Shown here one piece after another: positions 10,035 through 17,873 of a stretch of 64,000 nucleotides of DNA; within the stretch, counting starts at the first letter, position 1; the number at the start of each line of letters is the position of its first letter. The position numbers and the translations under genes were made by a program. Origin of the DNA: Verrucomicrobiia bacterium. Its GTDB lineage: Bacteria > Acidobacteriota > Terriglobia > Acidiferrales > UBA7541. The notes under the pieces are model-generated. The model made no database searches. It had not been told where the DNA came from and was given only the letters and a program-made list of their open reading frames with translations. The stretch lies in contig DATJXJ010000082.1 of the NCBI GenBank assembly GCA_035500255.1, positions 19,188 to 83,187 on the forward strand, in the 5' to 3' direction.

Positions 10035-11083
10035 CGGCCATGGGCAGGAAGACTTCGCGCAGCGTGAGAATGAGATTCGCGGTATGGACGTTGAGCGCCG
10101 CTCTCGTCCCTTTCTGCACGGCAGTGAGTACGGCGCGCGCGCAGCAAAGTTCGAGTCAGGCTCCGAGCGCGCCGCCGGCGCGGGACTATTCGAAGGCGGA
10201 AGTTCACATACTGCCGGTGCAGGGCAACATCTACATGCTGGTCGGCGCGGGCGGGAACATAACTGCGCAGGTGGGGAATGACGGCGTGCTGCTGGTGGAC
10301 ACCGGCGTGACTCAGATGAGCGACAAAGTGCTGGCCGCAGTTCGCAGCCTTTCGGACAAGCCGATTCGCTACATCATCAACACGCACATGCATGCGGATC
10401 ACACGGGCGGAAACGAGCCGATTGCCAAGGCGGGCAGCACGATTGCCGGAGGCAACGTGGTGGGCGACATTGGCGCAAGCGCGGGCAATCAGGCCACGGT
10501 GCTGGCGTTCCAGAACGTGCTGGACCGGATGAGCGCGCCGACCGGACAGCAGGCGCCGACGCCGCAAGGCGCATGGCCCACCGAGACGTACACGACTCCC
10601 GAGCGAAAACTCTTCTTCGACGGCGAAGGGATCCAAGTGATCCACATTCCCGAGGCGCACACGGATGGGGACAGCATTGTCTTCTTTCGGCGGTCCGATG
10701 TGATCAGCACGGGCGATATTTTCGTGACCACGGGCTATCCTCTCGTGGACTTGCAGCACGGCGGCAACATTCAGGGCGTGATCGCGGGACTGAACAAGAT
10801 CGTCGAGCTGGCGATCCCGGCGGATGAGCAGGAAGGCGGCACGATGATCATTCCCGGCCATGGACGGTTGTGCGACGTGGCCGACGTCGTTTTTTACCAG
10901 GAAATGGTGACGATCATCCGCGACCGAATTCAGGACATGATCAAGAAGGGGATGACGCTCGAGCAGGTGAAGGCGGCGAAGCCCACGCTTGACTACGATC
11001 CGCGCTACGGATCGACGACCGGTTTCTGGACGACGGACAAGTTTGTAGAAGCCGTGTACAAGAGTCTGGCTCCGAAGCAGTAG
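10031..11083 (+). CDS. exported MBL-fold metallo-hydrolase
   Basis: The start overlaps the upstream stop (ATGA). It has a signal peptide ending ..STARA|QQ and an HxHxDH motif 'NTHMHADHTGGN'. Confidence 0.85.
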   Translation: MTAMGRKTSRSVRMRFAVWTLSAALVPFCTAVSTARAQQSSSQAPSAPPARDYSKAEVHILPVQGNIYMLVGAGGNITAQVGNDGVLLVDTGVTQMSDKVLAAVRSLSDKPIRYIINTHMHADHTGGNEPIAKAGSTIAGGNVVGDIGASAGNQATVLAFQNVLDRMSAPTGQQAPTPQGAWPTETYTTPERKLFFDGEGIQVIHIPEAHTDGDSIVFFRRSDVISTGDIFVTTGYPLVDLQHGGNIQGVIAGLNKIVELAIPADEQEGGTMIIPGHGRLCDVADVVFYQEMVTIIRDRIQDMIKKGMTLEQVKAAKPTLDYDPRYGSTTGFWTTDKFVEAVYKSLAPKQ

Positions 11084-11099
11084 AGGACGCCGGGGCGCA

Positions 11100-11129
11100 C
11101 GGACAAGCTTGCTTTCGCCGCGCTATAAT
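11100..11129 (+). promoter_or_regulatory. sigma-70-type promoter candidate
   Basis: Perfect -10 TATAAT at 11124-11129 and -35-like CGGACA at 11100-11105, with an 18-nt spacer. It lies about 28 nt upstream of ATG 11157, and GGGAGG (SD) sits between them. Confidence 0.45.
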
Positions 11130-11156
11130 AGTTGCATCGGTTTGGGAGGTGGTTCC

Positions 11157-11543
11157 ATGAAGCGCGCATTTCTGGCGGTGGCGATCGTTGCCGCCCTGGC
11201 AGCCGGCGGTCGGGCATACGCACATCATTCCTTTGCAGCGACCTACTTCGTCGACCAGGAAGTCACGGTGGAAGGGACGCTCACGCAGTTTCTGTACCGC
11301 AATCCGCATTCGTTCATAAAAGTCGAGGGGAAAGACGACAAGGGCGAGACCGTGACGTGGTCCGTGGAGTGGGGCGGCGGGGCACAATTGACGCAGGAGC
11401 ACGTGACCCGGGACACGCTGAGGCCCGGCGATCACGTGATTGTTTCGGGAAATCCCGGCCGCGATCCTTCCGAGCACAGGATTCGCTTGCACAAGATCGT
11501 CCGTCCCGCGGACGGCTGGAAGTGGGAAGGCGTGATCATGTAG
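11157..11543 (+). CDS. small periplasmic protein (DUF6152-like), predicted mature N-terminus His-His
   Basis: SD GGGAGG, then signal peptide MKRAFLAVAIVAALAAGGRAYA|HHSFAATYF with an AxA cleavage site. The mature protein of about 105 aa looks beta-rich. Confidence 0.7.
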   Translation: MKRAFLAVAIVAALAAGGRAYAHHSFAATYFVDQEVTVEGTLTQFLYRNPHSFIKVEGKDDKGETVTWSVEWGGGAQLTQEHVTRDTLRPGDHVIVSGNPGRDPSEHRIRLHKIVRPADGWKWEGVIM

Positions 11544-11605
11544 CGCGCTCTCCCGGCGAATCGGGAGAGGATGTGGGCAGTGGGTGGGGACCCCGGGGGC
11601 GAGAC

Positions 11606-12424
11606 ATGGGTTTGATTGCGTTCGTGAGACGTAGTGAGCTGCCGCTGGCTATCATGGCCTTGGCGTTGCTGGCGGCGCCCAGCCACGTTGGCGCGCAAAT
11701 CGGTTTCGCTCCTTCCGGCGGCCCCGCGAACGCCCGTGCAGGCGCTCCCGTCGACATGACCGGATACTGGGTTTCCCTCGTCACCGAAGACTGGCGCTAT
11801 CGAATGCTAACTCCCGACAAGGGAGACTATCCCGGCATTTTCCTCACGCCGGAGGGCATGCGCGTCGCGAACTCCTGGGATCCGGCTAAGGATGAGGCGG
11901 CGGGAGAGCAGTGCAAGTCGTATGGCGCCGGCGCGATCATGCGCGTTCCAACGCGGCTGCACATCACTTGGGACAACGACACGACATTGCGCGTTGAAAC
12001 GGACGCGGGAAAGCAGGTCCGGCTGTTCCATTTCGGAGGAAGCGATGTGCCGAAGGGCGAGGCGCCTTCCTGGCAGGGTTATTCTTTGGCGAGCTGGGAA
12101 GGGCTGAGGCCGCGGGGATTCGGATTGCCAACGGTGGCGTCCGGCGGAGCGAGGGTGGCCCACCACGATGAGGGATATCTGAAGGTGACCACGAAAGACT
12201 TGCGGCCCGGGTACATCCGAAAGAACGGCGTGCCGTACGGCGCGAACGCGGTGGTAGAAGAGTATTTCGACAGCTTCACGGAACCCAACGGGGATACATG
12301 GCTCGTGGTGACGTCGGTGGTCACCGACCCCCAGTATCTGGCGCAACCCTACCTGACGAGTTCGCAGTTCAAGAAGCTTCCCGACGCCTCCGGGTGGAAT
12401 CCCATGCCGTGCGAGGCGAAGTAG
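11606..12424 (+). CDS. secreted protein of unknown function (paralogue 2 of 2)
   Basis: ATG 11606 gives the signal peptide MGLIAFVRRSELPLAIMALALLAAPSHVGA|Q. The blocks 'EQCKSYG', 'YIRKNGVP', 'DPQYLAQPY' and 'PCEA' align with 9138..10034. The upstream part of the 11132 ORF overlaps the previous gene and is discounted. Confidence 0.7.
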   Translation: MGLIAFVRRSELPLAIMALALLAAPSHVGAQIGFAPSGGPANARAGAPVDMTGYWVSLVTEDWRYRMLTPDKGDYPGIFLTPEGMRVANSWDPAKDEAAGEQCKSYGAGAIMRVPTRLHITWDNDTTLRVETDAGKQVRLFHFGGSDVPKGEAPSWQGYSLASWEGLRPRGFGLPTVASGGARVAHHDEGYLKVTTKDLRPGYIRKNGVPYGANAVVEEYFDSFTEPNGDTWLVVTSVVTDPQYLAQPYLTSSQFKKLPDASGWNPMPCEAK

Positions 12425-12498
12425 ATCCACGGCCGCTGCCTGGCGCAGGGGCGCGATCGACGGCCAGTCCGCAGAGCGGTCTTTCCGGGGTGTGACGG

Positions 12499-13005
12499 AT
12501 GTGGCTTTCTAACTTCTTGCAGTGGCTTGCCGACACGCAGTTCAGCACGACGATGCGCGAATCGGTGTGGGCCGAGCCGATCGTCGAAACGATCCACGTA
12601 CTGACGCTCACGCTGTTTCTGGGTTTCGCCGTGCTGCTCGACTTGAGGCTGCTGGGCGTCTGCCTGACGCGCAAGCGGGTATCCGAAGTGCTCGCGCAAT
12701 TCAATCCGTGGCTCTTCGGCGGATTTGCCGTGATGATCGTTACGGGCGTGCTGCTCTTCTGCGGCGATCCGGTCTCCTTCTACCACACCAAGCCGCCGTT
12801 TTTCATCATCAAGATGGTGATGCTGGTGCTCGCCGGCCTGAACGTGATCATTTTCAATCTGACGCTGGGGAGAAAAGTGGCCGAGTGGGATGCGGACAGC
12901 AAGACGCCGCGGGGTGCAAAGATGGCGGGCGTCGTATCGATTGTGCTGTGGGTACTGATTGTGGCAGCGGGACGAGCGATCGCATACGCCCTTCCGCCCC
13001 CCTGA
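12499..13005 (+). CDS. 4-TM membrane protein, tandem paralogue A (DUF6644-like / CopD-like?)
   Basis: Four hydrophobic helices. Motifs shared by all four copies: 'P.VE..H' in TM1, 'LDLRLLG', 'PW', 'TG..LF..DP' and a C-terminal 'GRAIA'. Confidence 0.7.
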   Translation: MWLSNFLQWLADTQFSTTMRESVWAEPIVETIHVLTLTLFLGFAVLLDLRLLGVCLTRKRVSEVLAQFNPWLFGGFAVMIVTGVLLFCGDPVSFYHTKPPFFIIKMVMLVLAGLNVIIFNLTLGRKVAEWDADSKTPRGAKMAGVVSIVLWVLIVAAGRAIAYALPPP

Positions 13006-13020
13006 GGAGGCTCGTTGCAC

Positions 13021-13545
13021 ATGTGGTTTCGTCATCTGGTGCTGACGTTCTGCCAGTGGTGCAACAATTCGTTCTTCGGACACGGCATCCGGAACTCCGT
13101 GTGGTTGTTTCCGTTTGTCGAAATATTCCATCTGCTCGGCCTCGGCATTTTGGGAGGAACGCTGCTGGTGCTGAATCTGCGCCTGCTCGGCCTCGGATTT
13201 CGCGGGGAGAGAACCTCAGAGCTTGAGAGAGACTTCCGCCCGTGGATACTGGGAAGCCTCGGCGTGATGCTGATTTCGGGCTTCCTGCTCTTTTCGACCG
13301 AAGCCGTGAAGATGTACGGCAACTGGGCGTTTCGCTGGAAGATGCTGTTCCTGCTGTGCGCGATCGTCTATACGTTCACAATCTACCGAAGGGTCGTGAT
13401 CTCGGATGAGACGCGCGTGACGGTGACGTGGCGCGTGGTAGCAGCTCTGCTTTCAATCATGCTGTGGGCCGGAGTCGGGCTCGGTGGCCGGGCGATCGGC
13501 TATGTGACCACGTCCGTGAGTTCGGTAAGCACTTCTGGACAGTAA
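13021..13545 (+). CDS. 4-TM membrane protein, tandem paralogue B
   Basis: SD GAGGAGG at 13004-13010, 10 nt before ATG 13021. Motifs 'FPFVEIFH', 'LNLRLLG' and 'GRAIGY'. Confidence 0.7.
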   Translation: MWFRHLVLTFCQWCNNSFFGHGIRNSVWLFPFVEIFHLLGLGILGGTLLVLNLRLLGLGFRGERTSELERDFRPWILGSLGVMLISGFLLFSTEAVKMYGNWAFRWKMLFLLCAIVYTFTIYRRVVISDETRVTVTWRVVAALLSIMLWAGVGLGGRAIGYVTTSVSSVSTSGQ

Positions 13546-13578
13546 GGAATAAGCGCTCGAAGTCGAGAGCAACCATCG

Positions 13579-14055
13579 ATGCTTCTCACTTTCATCTTGC
13601 AGGGAACCCCTGAAGCGATTCCTCTGAATCCGATCGCGCGATGGGAGTGGGTATTCCCGATCGTCGAGTCGCTCCACATCTGCGGTTTCGTGCTGCTGGT
13701 GGGGACCGCCGTGATTCTCGATCTTCGTCTGCTCGGGATTGTCTTGCGAGGGCAACCGGTTTCGCGGCTTGCCAGAGAGCTGTCGCCATGGATCTGGGCA
13801 GGCCTGGCGATTCAGCTGGTCACGGGGCCGTATCTTTTCTCCGGCGATCCGCGCGAATACGTTCAGATCACAGCGTTCCGCGTAAAGATGCTGCTTTTCG
13901 CGCTGGCTTTGGTCTACCAGTTCACCGTGATCCGAAAAGCAGCCGCGTCCGCCGAGCCGGCCGGCGACTTGGGCTGGCGCAAGCCGGCGGCGATCGTGTC
14001 GCTGGGGCTTTGGCTTGGCGTGATGGTGGCGGGGATGTGGATCGGGAATCTGTAA
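13579..14055 (+). CDS. 4-TM membrane protein, tandem paralogue C
   Basis: Motifs 'FPIVESLH', 'LDLRLLG', 'PW' and 'TGPYLFSGDP'. The C-terminal motif is degenerate (GMWIGNL). Confidence 0.7.
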   Translation: MLLTFILQGTPEAIPLNPIARWEWVFPIVESLHICGFVLLVGTAVILDLRLLGIVLRGQPVSRLARELSPWIWAGLAIQLVTGPYLFSGDPREYVQITAFRVKMLLFALALVYQFTVIRKAAASAEPAGDLGWRKPAAIVSLGLWLGVMVAGMWIGNL

Positions 14056-14085
14056 CGCGGCCGTGGCACGAGGGAAACTTCTGGA

Positions 14086-14574
14086 ATGTCGCTCCTGAGA
14101 TTCTGCGAATGGTTGAGCCAGACGGACTTCAGCATCTGGCTTCGCGAAGCTCCCTATCCGTTTCCAGTGCTGCTGATGGTCCATTTGCTGACGATCGGAA
14201 TTGTGGGGGGCATGGTCGCGATGGGGAATCTGCGAGTGCTGGGATGGGCGATGCGCGATGTGCCCGTGTCGCAGGTAGTCGGCCAGTTTCGGCCGTGGAA
14301 ATGGGCCGCGTTCGTCGTGTTGCTGCTGACGGGCCTGCTGCTTTGCGCGTCCGATCCGATGGAATATTACGGCAACAAAATGTTCTGGATTTCGAATGGG
14401 ATTCTGGCGCTTGCGGGTGTAAATGCGCTCGTCTTTCGATACGGAATCTACCGAAGCGTGAACGAATGGGATACCGCGACTGAAACGCCCGGGCGCGCAA
14501 GACGCTGGGCGGGCGTCTCATTGTTGCTCTGGATCGCCTTGATCTTTGCGGGAAGAGCGATCGCCTTCTTCTGA
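14086..14574 (+). CDS. 4-TM membrane protein, tandem paralogue D
   Basis: Motifs 'FPVLLMVH', 'GNLRVLG', 'RPW', 'TGLLLCASDP' and 'GRAIAFF'. The N-terminus 'FCEWLSQTDFS' parallels 'FLQWLADTQFS' in copy A. Confidence 0.7.
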   Translation: MSLLRFCEWLSQTDFSIWLREAPYPFPVLLMVHLLTIGIVGGMVAMGNLRVLGWAMRDVPVSQVVGQFRPWKWAAFVVLLLTGLLLCASDPMEYYGNKMFWISNGILALAGVNALVFRYGIYRSVNEWDTATETPGRARRWAGVSLLLWIALIFAGRAIAFF

Positions 14575-14603
14575 CGCGCGGCGGTCCGCCGCAATCCTGC
14601 GCA

Positions 14604-17282
14604 CTACAATCCGATGTAATACTGAAAGGGCGCCCAGTAAAAGGGCCGCTGATACACGCCGTTCGAATGAAGCAGAGCAAGCTTCGCGTTTCGGAGCGCG
14701 ACCGCGGGATCTTTCCCTTTGCTCATCTGGCCGTACAAATCACCCATCAAACGCGCGGTGGAAGCGTCATTGACGTCCCAAAGCGCCGCAATCACACTGC
14801 GCGCACCAGCCCTTAGAAACGCCCAGGACAATCCGACCAGGCCTTCTCCCGAATAGTTTCGCGATCCCACGCCGTGGCATGCGGAGATGGTGACCAGTTC
14901 CGCTTTCAGAGGATGCCGCACCACGTCGCGCCCGTAGAGCTTGAAGGAGTCACCCTGCCGACTCAGGATCACGGCAGATTCGAGCGGCCGGGCGCGGCTC
15001 GAGGTGCCGTGCGCGACAAAATGAATGAACGCAAACTGGCCCGGGTTGCTATCGACATATGCCTGTGCCGTCGCGCTGCTGCCGGATAGAACGCGCGTGT
15101 CCGGGGATGGAAAGTACTTTTCGATGCTCGCCATTTCGGCCGCAGCTTGCGGCAGCTGGGGAAAATCGCTGCCGGGCGAAACGGGATCGCCGATCAGCAG
15201 CAGCTTGCCGTGCATCGTCGCCGTGGCGCGACGCGCGGCGGCGACGAGGATCAGGGAATCCGAATAGGTGATGGTAGCGTCCTCGATCCAGTAGTGCGGC
15301 ACGGGCTCGGGCGCGAGCAGCGTCTCGAAATTAAGGCCGCACAGACTGCCGTCCGGCACGATCACGACGCGCGATCCCTTGGGGATCAGATCCTGCGCCG
15401 GAGCGACGAGCATTTTGTAGAGGGCGGTTCCGCTGGAATTCGCGGTTTGCAGGACGTCGCGCGGGCCGAGCAGCGCTCCGGCGTACGATTGCACGGCTGC
15501 ATCGATTTGTTCGGCCGGGGCCAGGAAGAAAATCCTAAGCCGGCCCGAGGGCAGGATCGCCCAGAGATAGGAATGACGCGAACCGAGCCAGTAGCAGAGA
15601 ATCACCGCGTCCTGACGCCGCGCGGCGCCTTTCCAGTCTTCAGGCGTGAGGCGCGCGAGCCCCTTTTCAGGATCGAGCCCGAGCCCTTCGACGAGCGTGC
15701 GTGCACGCGTCAGAGCGGCGAGGCGCAGGGCGTCCTCTGCGCGGTTCTGGGAGACGAGGAATTCCAAATAGTCGTCGTACAGCTCGGCGGCATTGGCGAG
15801 AAACGGAATACGAAGCTCCTCCGACTGGACTGAACGCCTTGCCGCCTCAAGCGTGTCGACGGCTCCGCGAAACTCGCGCTCCGCGGCCGCCGGATTGCCC
15901 GCGTCTGCGTAGACGGAGGCGAGACGAGCCTGTGCCTCCCAGCGAAGAGATGGGGTTGCGGCTGGATCGGCGATCACGCCGTTCAAGATCTGCACGGCAC
16001 GCTGACGATTGTGCCGGCCGCCCTCAATGCGGGCCGCGGTGATTGTCGATGCAAGCTCGCCATTGCGATCTTGCGCGGCTCGCGACAGGCGCAGCGCTTC
16101 CCGGTTTTCTGAATCGGCGGCGTCGAGCCGGTCGCGCGCCAGGTCGATGTCCGAGAGTGAGCGAAGCGATTGCGCGATTCCGACATTTTGGTCCTGCTGC
16201 CGCGCCAGGTTCAGGGCGCTGCGAATCTCGGATTCCGCGTCGCCGAAGTCGCGCCGGTAGGAGTCGACCGAGCCCACATTGATGCGCCAGAGGAGCTGAT
16301 CGCCGAGATTGCCTTCTTTCGCCGCCGATTCCTCTGCCTGTTGGAAGAGCGCGCGGGAGTTTTCGTAGTCGCCCAGCTCGAAGTAGCTCCACGCCATGTT
16401 GCCGAGCGTCTTGGTGGCGGACGTGCGCGCGCCAATCGACTGCGCGAGACTCAGCGCGGCCGTGTTCCACTGGATCGACTCGTCGTAGTGCTCCTGCTGC
16501 GCCGCGGTGAGCCCGAGACTGCCGAGCGCGGCCGCTTCGAGAAACGGATCCTTTTGCTCGCGCGCGATTCGAAGGGAATCGCGATAGGCGAGCGCGGCAT
16601 GCGCAGAATCATCGCGGAGGAAACAGAGAGTCCCTTTGCGCAGGGCGACTTCGCCGAGCAGCTCGGGATGAAACCTTTCAGCGAGCGCTTGCGCCTCGCC
16701 CAAACGCGCGTCGGCATCGGCAAACTGAGAGAGGAAACCGTCCGCGGCGGCCTGTGACATCTTGCGCCACACGGCGAGATCGGAGGTGCCGAGCGTCACC
16801 GGCAGTTGCGGCTGGAGCAGATCCAGCGCCTCTTGATTGCGCCGCTGCCGAACCAGAATCTCGGCTTTCAGCGCGCGAAATCTCCAGTTCCATTCCGCCG
16901 CGGGGTCGGGAAACGCGCGGAGCTGCAGATCCGCCTGCTGAAGAGCGTCCTGCCATTCTCCGCGCTTCAGCTTGAGCCAGGTGTCCCTATATATCTGATC
17001 CGGGGGGACGGATGGCGGGCGCTTGCATGCGGCGCATGCAAGCGCGATTGCGGCGAGGAGAAATCCTATGGCCAGGGACTGCCATTGACGGTGGCCTGGG
17101 CGGCGACCACGGTGCCGCTCGAGGGAGAGCCCATCTCGAGGCGAAGCATCGTGAGCGTGCGGCTGCCATGCCGCGCGAGCATTTCGGCGACGTAGACTCG
17201 GCCAAACTCGGGCACGACGAAGCAATGTCCGCGACGCGTTACGCCCGGGCACGTCGTCTTCATGTCTTTCACGAGCGAGCAA
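14604..17282 (-). CDS. TPR-repeat CHAT-domain (caspase-like) protease with N-terminal hydrophobic anchor; start codon uncertain
   Basis: C-terminal CHAT signature: 'FIHFVAHG' (His), 'VTISACHG' (Cys), 'WDVND' and 'PFYWAPF'. The central ~500 aa consists of TPR-like repeats. The hydrophobic segment 'LAIGFLLAAIALACAAC' follows an Arg-rich stretch. I see no ATG/GTG/TTG in frame between roughly 17228 and the hydrophobic segment, so the annotated start (TTG 17282) overlaps the upstream gene. Confidence 0.8.
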   Translation of the reverse strand: MLARERHEDDVPGRNASRTLLRRARVWPSLRRRNARAAWQPHAHDASPRDGLSLERHRGRRPGHRQWQSLAIGFLLAAIALACAACKRPPSVPPDQIYRDTWLKLKRGEWQDALQQADLQLRAFPDPAAEWNWRFRALKAEILVRQRRNQEALDLLQPQLPVTLGTSDLAVWRKMSQAAADGFLSQFADADARLGEAQALAERFHPELLGEVALRKGTLCFLRDDSAHAALAYRDSLRIAREQKDPFLEAAALGSLGLTAAQQEHYDESIQWNTAALSLAQSIGARTSATKTLGNMAWSYFELGDYENSRALFQQAEESAAKEGNLGDQLLWRINVGSVDSYRRDFGDAESEIRSALNLARQQDQNVGIAQSLRSLSDIDLARDRLDAADSENREALRLSRAAQDRNGELASTITAARIEGGRHNRQRAVQILNGVIADPAATPSLRWEAQARLASVYADAGNPAAAEREFRGAVDTLEAARRSVQSEELRIPFLANAAELYDDYLEFLVSQNRAEDALRLAALTRARTLVEGLGLDPEKGLARLTPEDWKGAARRQDAVILCYWLGSRHSYLWAILPSGRLRIFFLAPAEQIDAAVQSYAGALLGPRDVLQTANSSGTALYKMLVAPAQDLIPKGSRVVIVPDGSLCGLNFETLLAPEPVPHYWIEDATITYSDSLILVAAARRATATMHGKLLLIGDPVSPGSDFPQLPQAAAEMASIEKYFPSPDTRVLSGSSATAQAYVDSNPGQFAFIHFVAHGTSSRARPLESAVILSRQGDSFKLYGRDVVRHPLKAELVTISACHGVGSRNYSGEGLVGLSWAFLRAGARSVIAALWDVNDASTARLMGDLYGQMSKGKDPAVALRNAKLALLHSNGVYQRPFYWAPFQYYIGL

Positions 17283-17842
17283 AGCAAGACACCTCGCGGG
17301 TCCGGCAGCTTGACGGGTTCGCCTGACTGAAAGGGATCCTCGGCCATTTTCCGAAATTGGGGATTGTTTGCAAGTTCATTCGACAGGGCGTCGAACGTCT
17401 TCAGGCGAAGGAAGAAGTCGTGGTCGAATTCGACGTCGACACGGCAGCCGGCGATCTGCAGATTCTCAAACTTGCTGCCAAGCAGAACGACGTTTGGCTC
17501 GCGGCTTTCCCAGGGATGCTGGGTGGCCAGACGAGCGACCACACGGTCGGCCGTCACAACGTCGAGAATGTTCAGGCCTTCGACGGTCGAGGTGACCAGC
17601 GTGGTGTACGCGCCGTCGACGGGATTGTGGCTGCCCGACACGGCGGAATAGGCTGCCTTGAACGAGACGAACTCCTGAAAGCTGAACTTTTCCACGCGCG
17701 CGTGGCCATGCCCTCCGGTCGTGGGAAGTGAGGTGCCCGCCTGCACTTCGATCAGGTGTTCGACAGGCCGATGAAACTGTCCGCTGAGACCGTGCCCGTG
17801 GGCATTGTAGTGATACGTCTGCTTGGAGGCCGAAGTGCTCAT
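17066..17842 (-). CDS. hypothetical cytoplasmic protein, His/Gly-rich N-terminus
   Basis: 258 aa with SD AAGGAAGGA upstream of ATG 17842 and no signal peptide. The N-terminus carries 'HYNAHGHG' and 'GGHGHAR'. I recognise no family. Confidence 0.6.
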   Translation of the reverse strand: MSTSASKQTYHYNAHGHGLSGQFHRPVEHLIEVQAGTSLPTTGGHGHARVEKFSFQEFVSFKAAYSAVSGSHNPVDGAYTTLVTSTVEGLNILDVVTADRVVARLATQHPWESREPNVVLLGSKFENLQIAGCRVDVEFDHDFFLRLKTFDALSNELANNPQFRKMAEDPFQSGEPVKLPDPRGVLLCSLVKDMKTTCPGVTRRGHCFVVPEFGRVYVAEMLARHGSRTLTMLRLEMGSPSSGTVVAAQATVNGSPWP

Positions 17843-17873
17843 CGAAGATCATCCTTCCTTTTGATGATTGTGA

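Noticed and set aside
11132-11605. N-terminal 158-aa extension of the 430-aa ORF 11132..12424
   Set aside because: It overlaps the well-supported DUF6152-like gene in another frame and is Arg/Gly-rich. A good signal peptide begins at ATG 11606.
17066-17842. Idea that the 258-aa protein next to the CHAT protease is a bacterial gasdermin
   Set aside because: The size and neighbourhood fit. However, I see none of the N-terminal features I associate with gasdermins, and the protease appears to be exported rather than cytoplasmic. From sequence alone the idea is unsupported.
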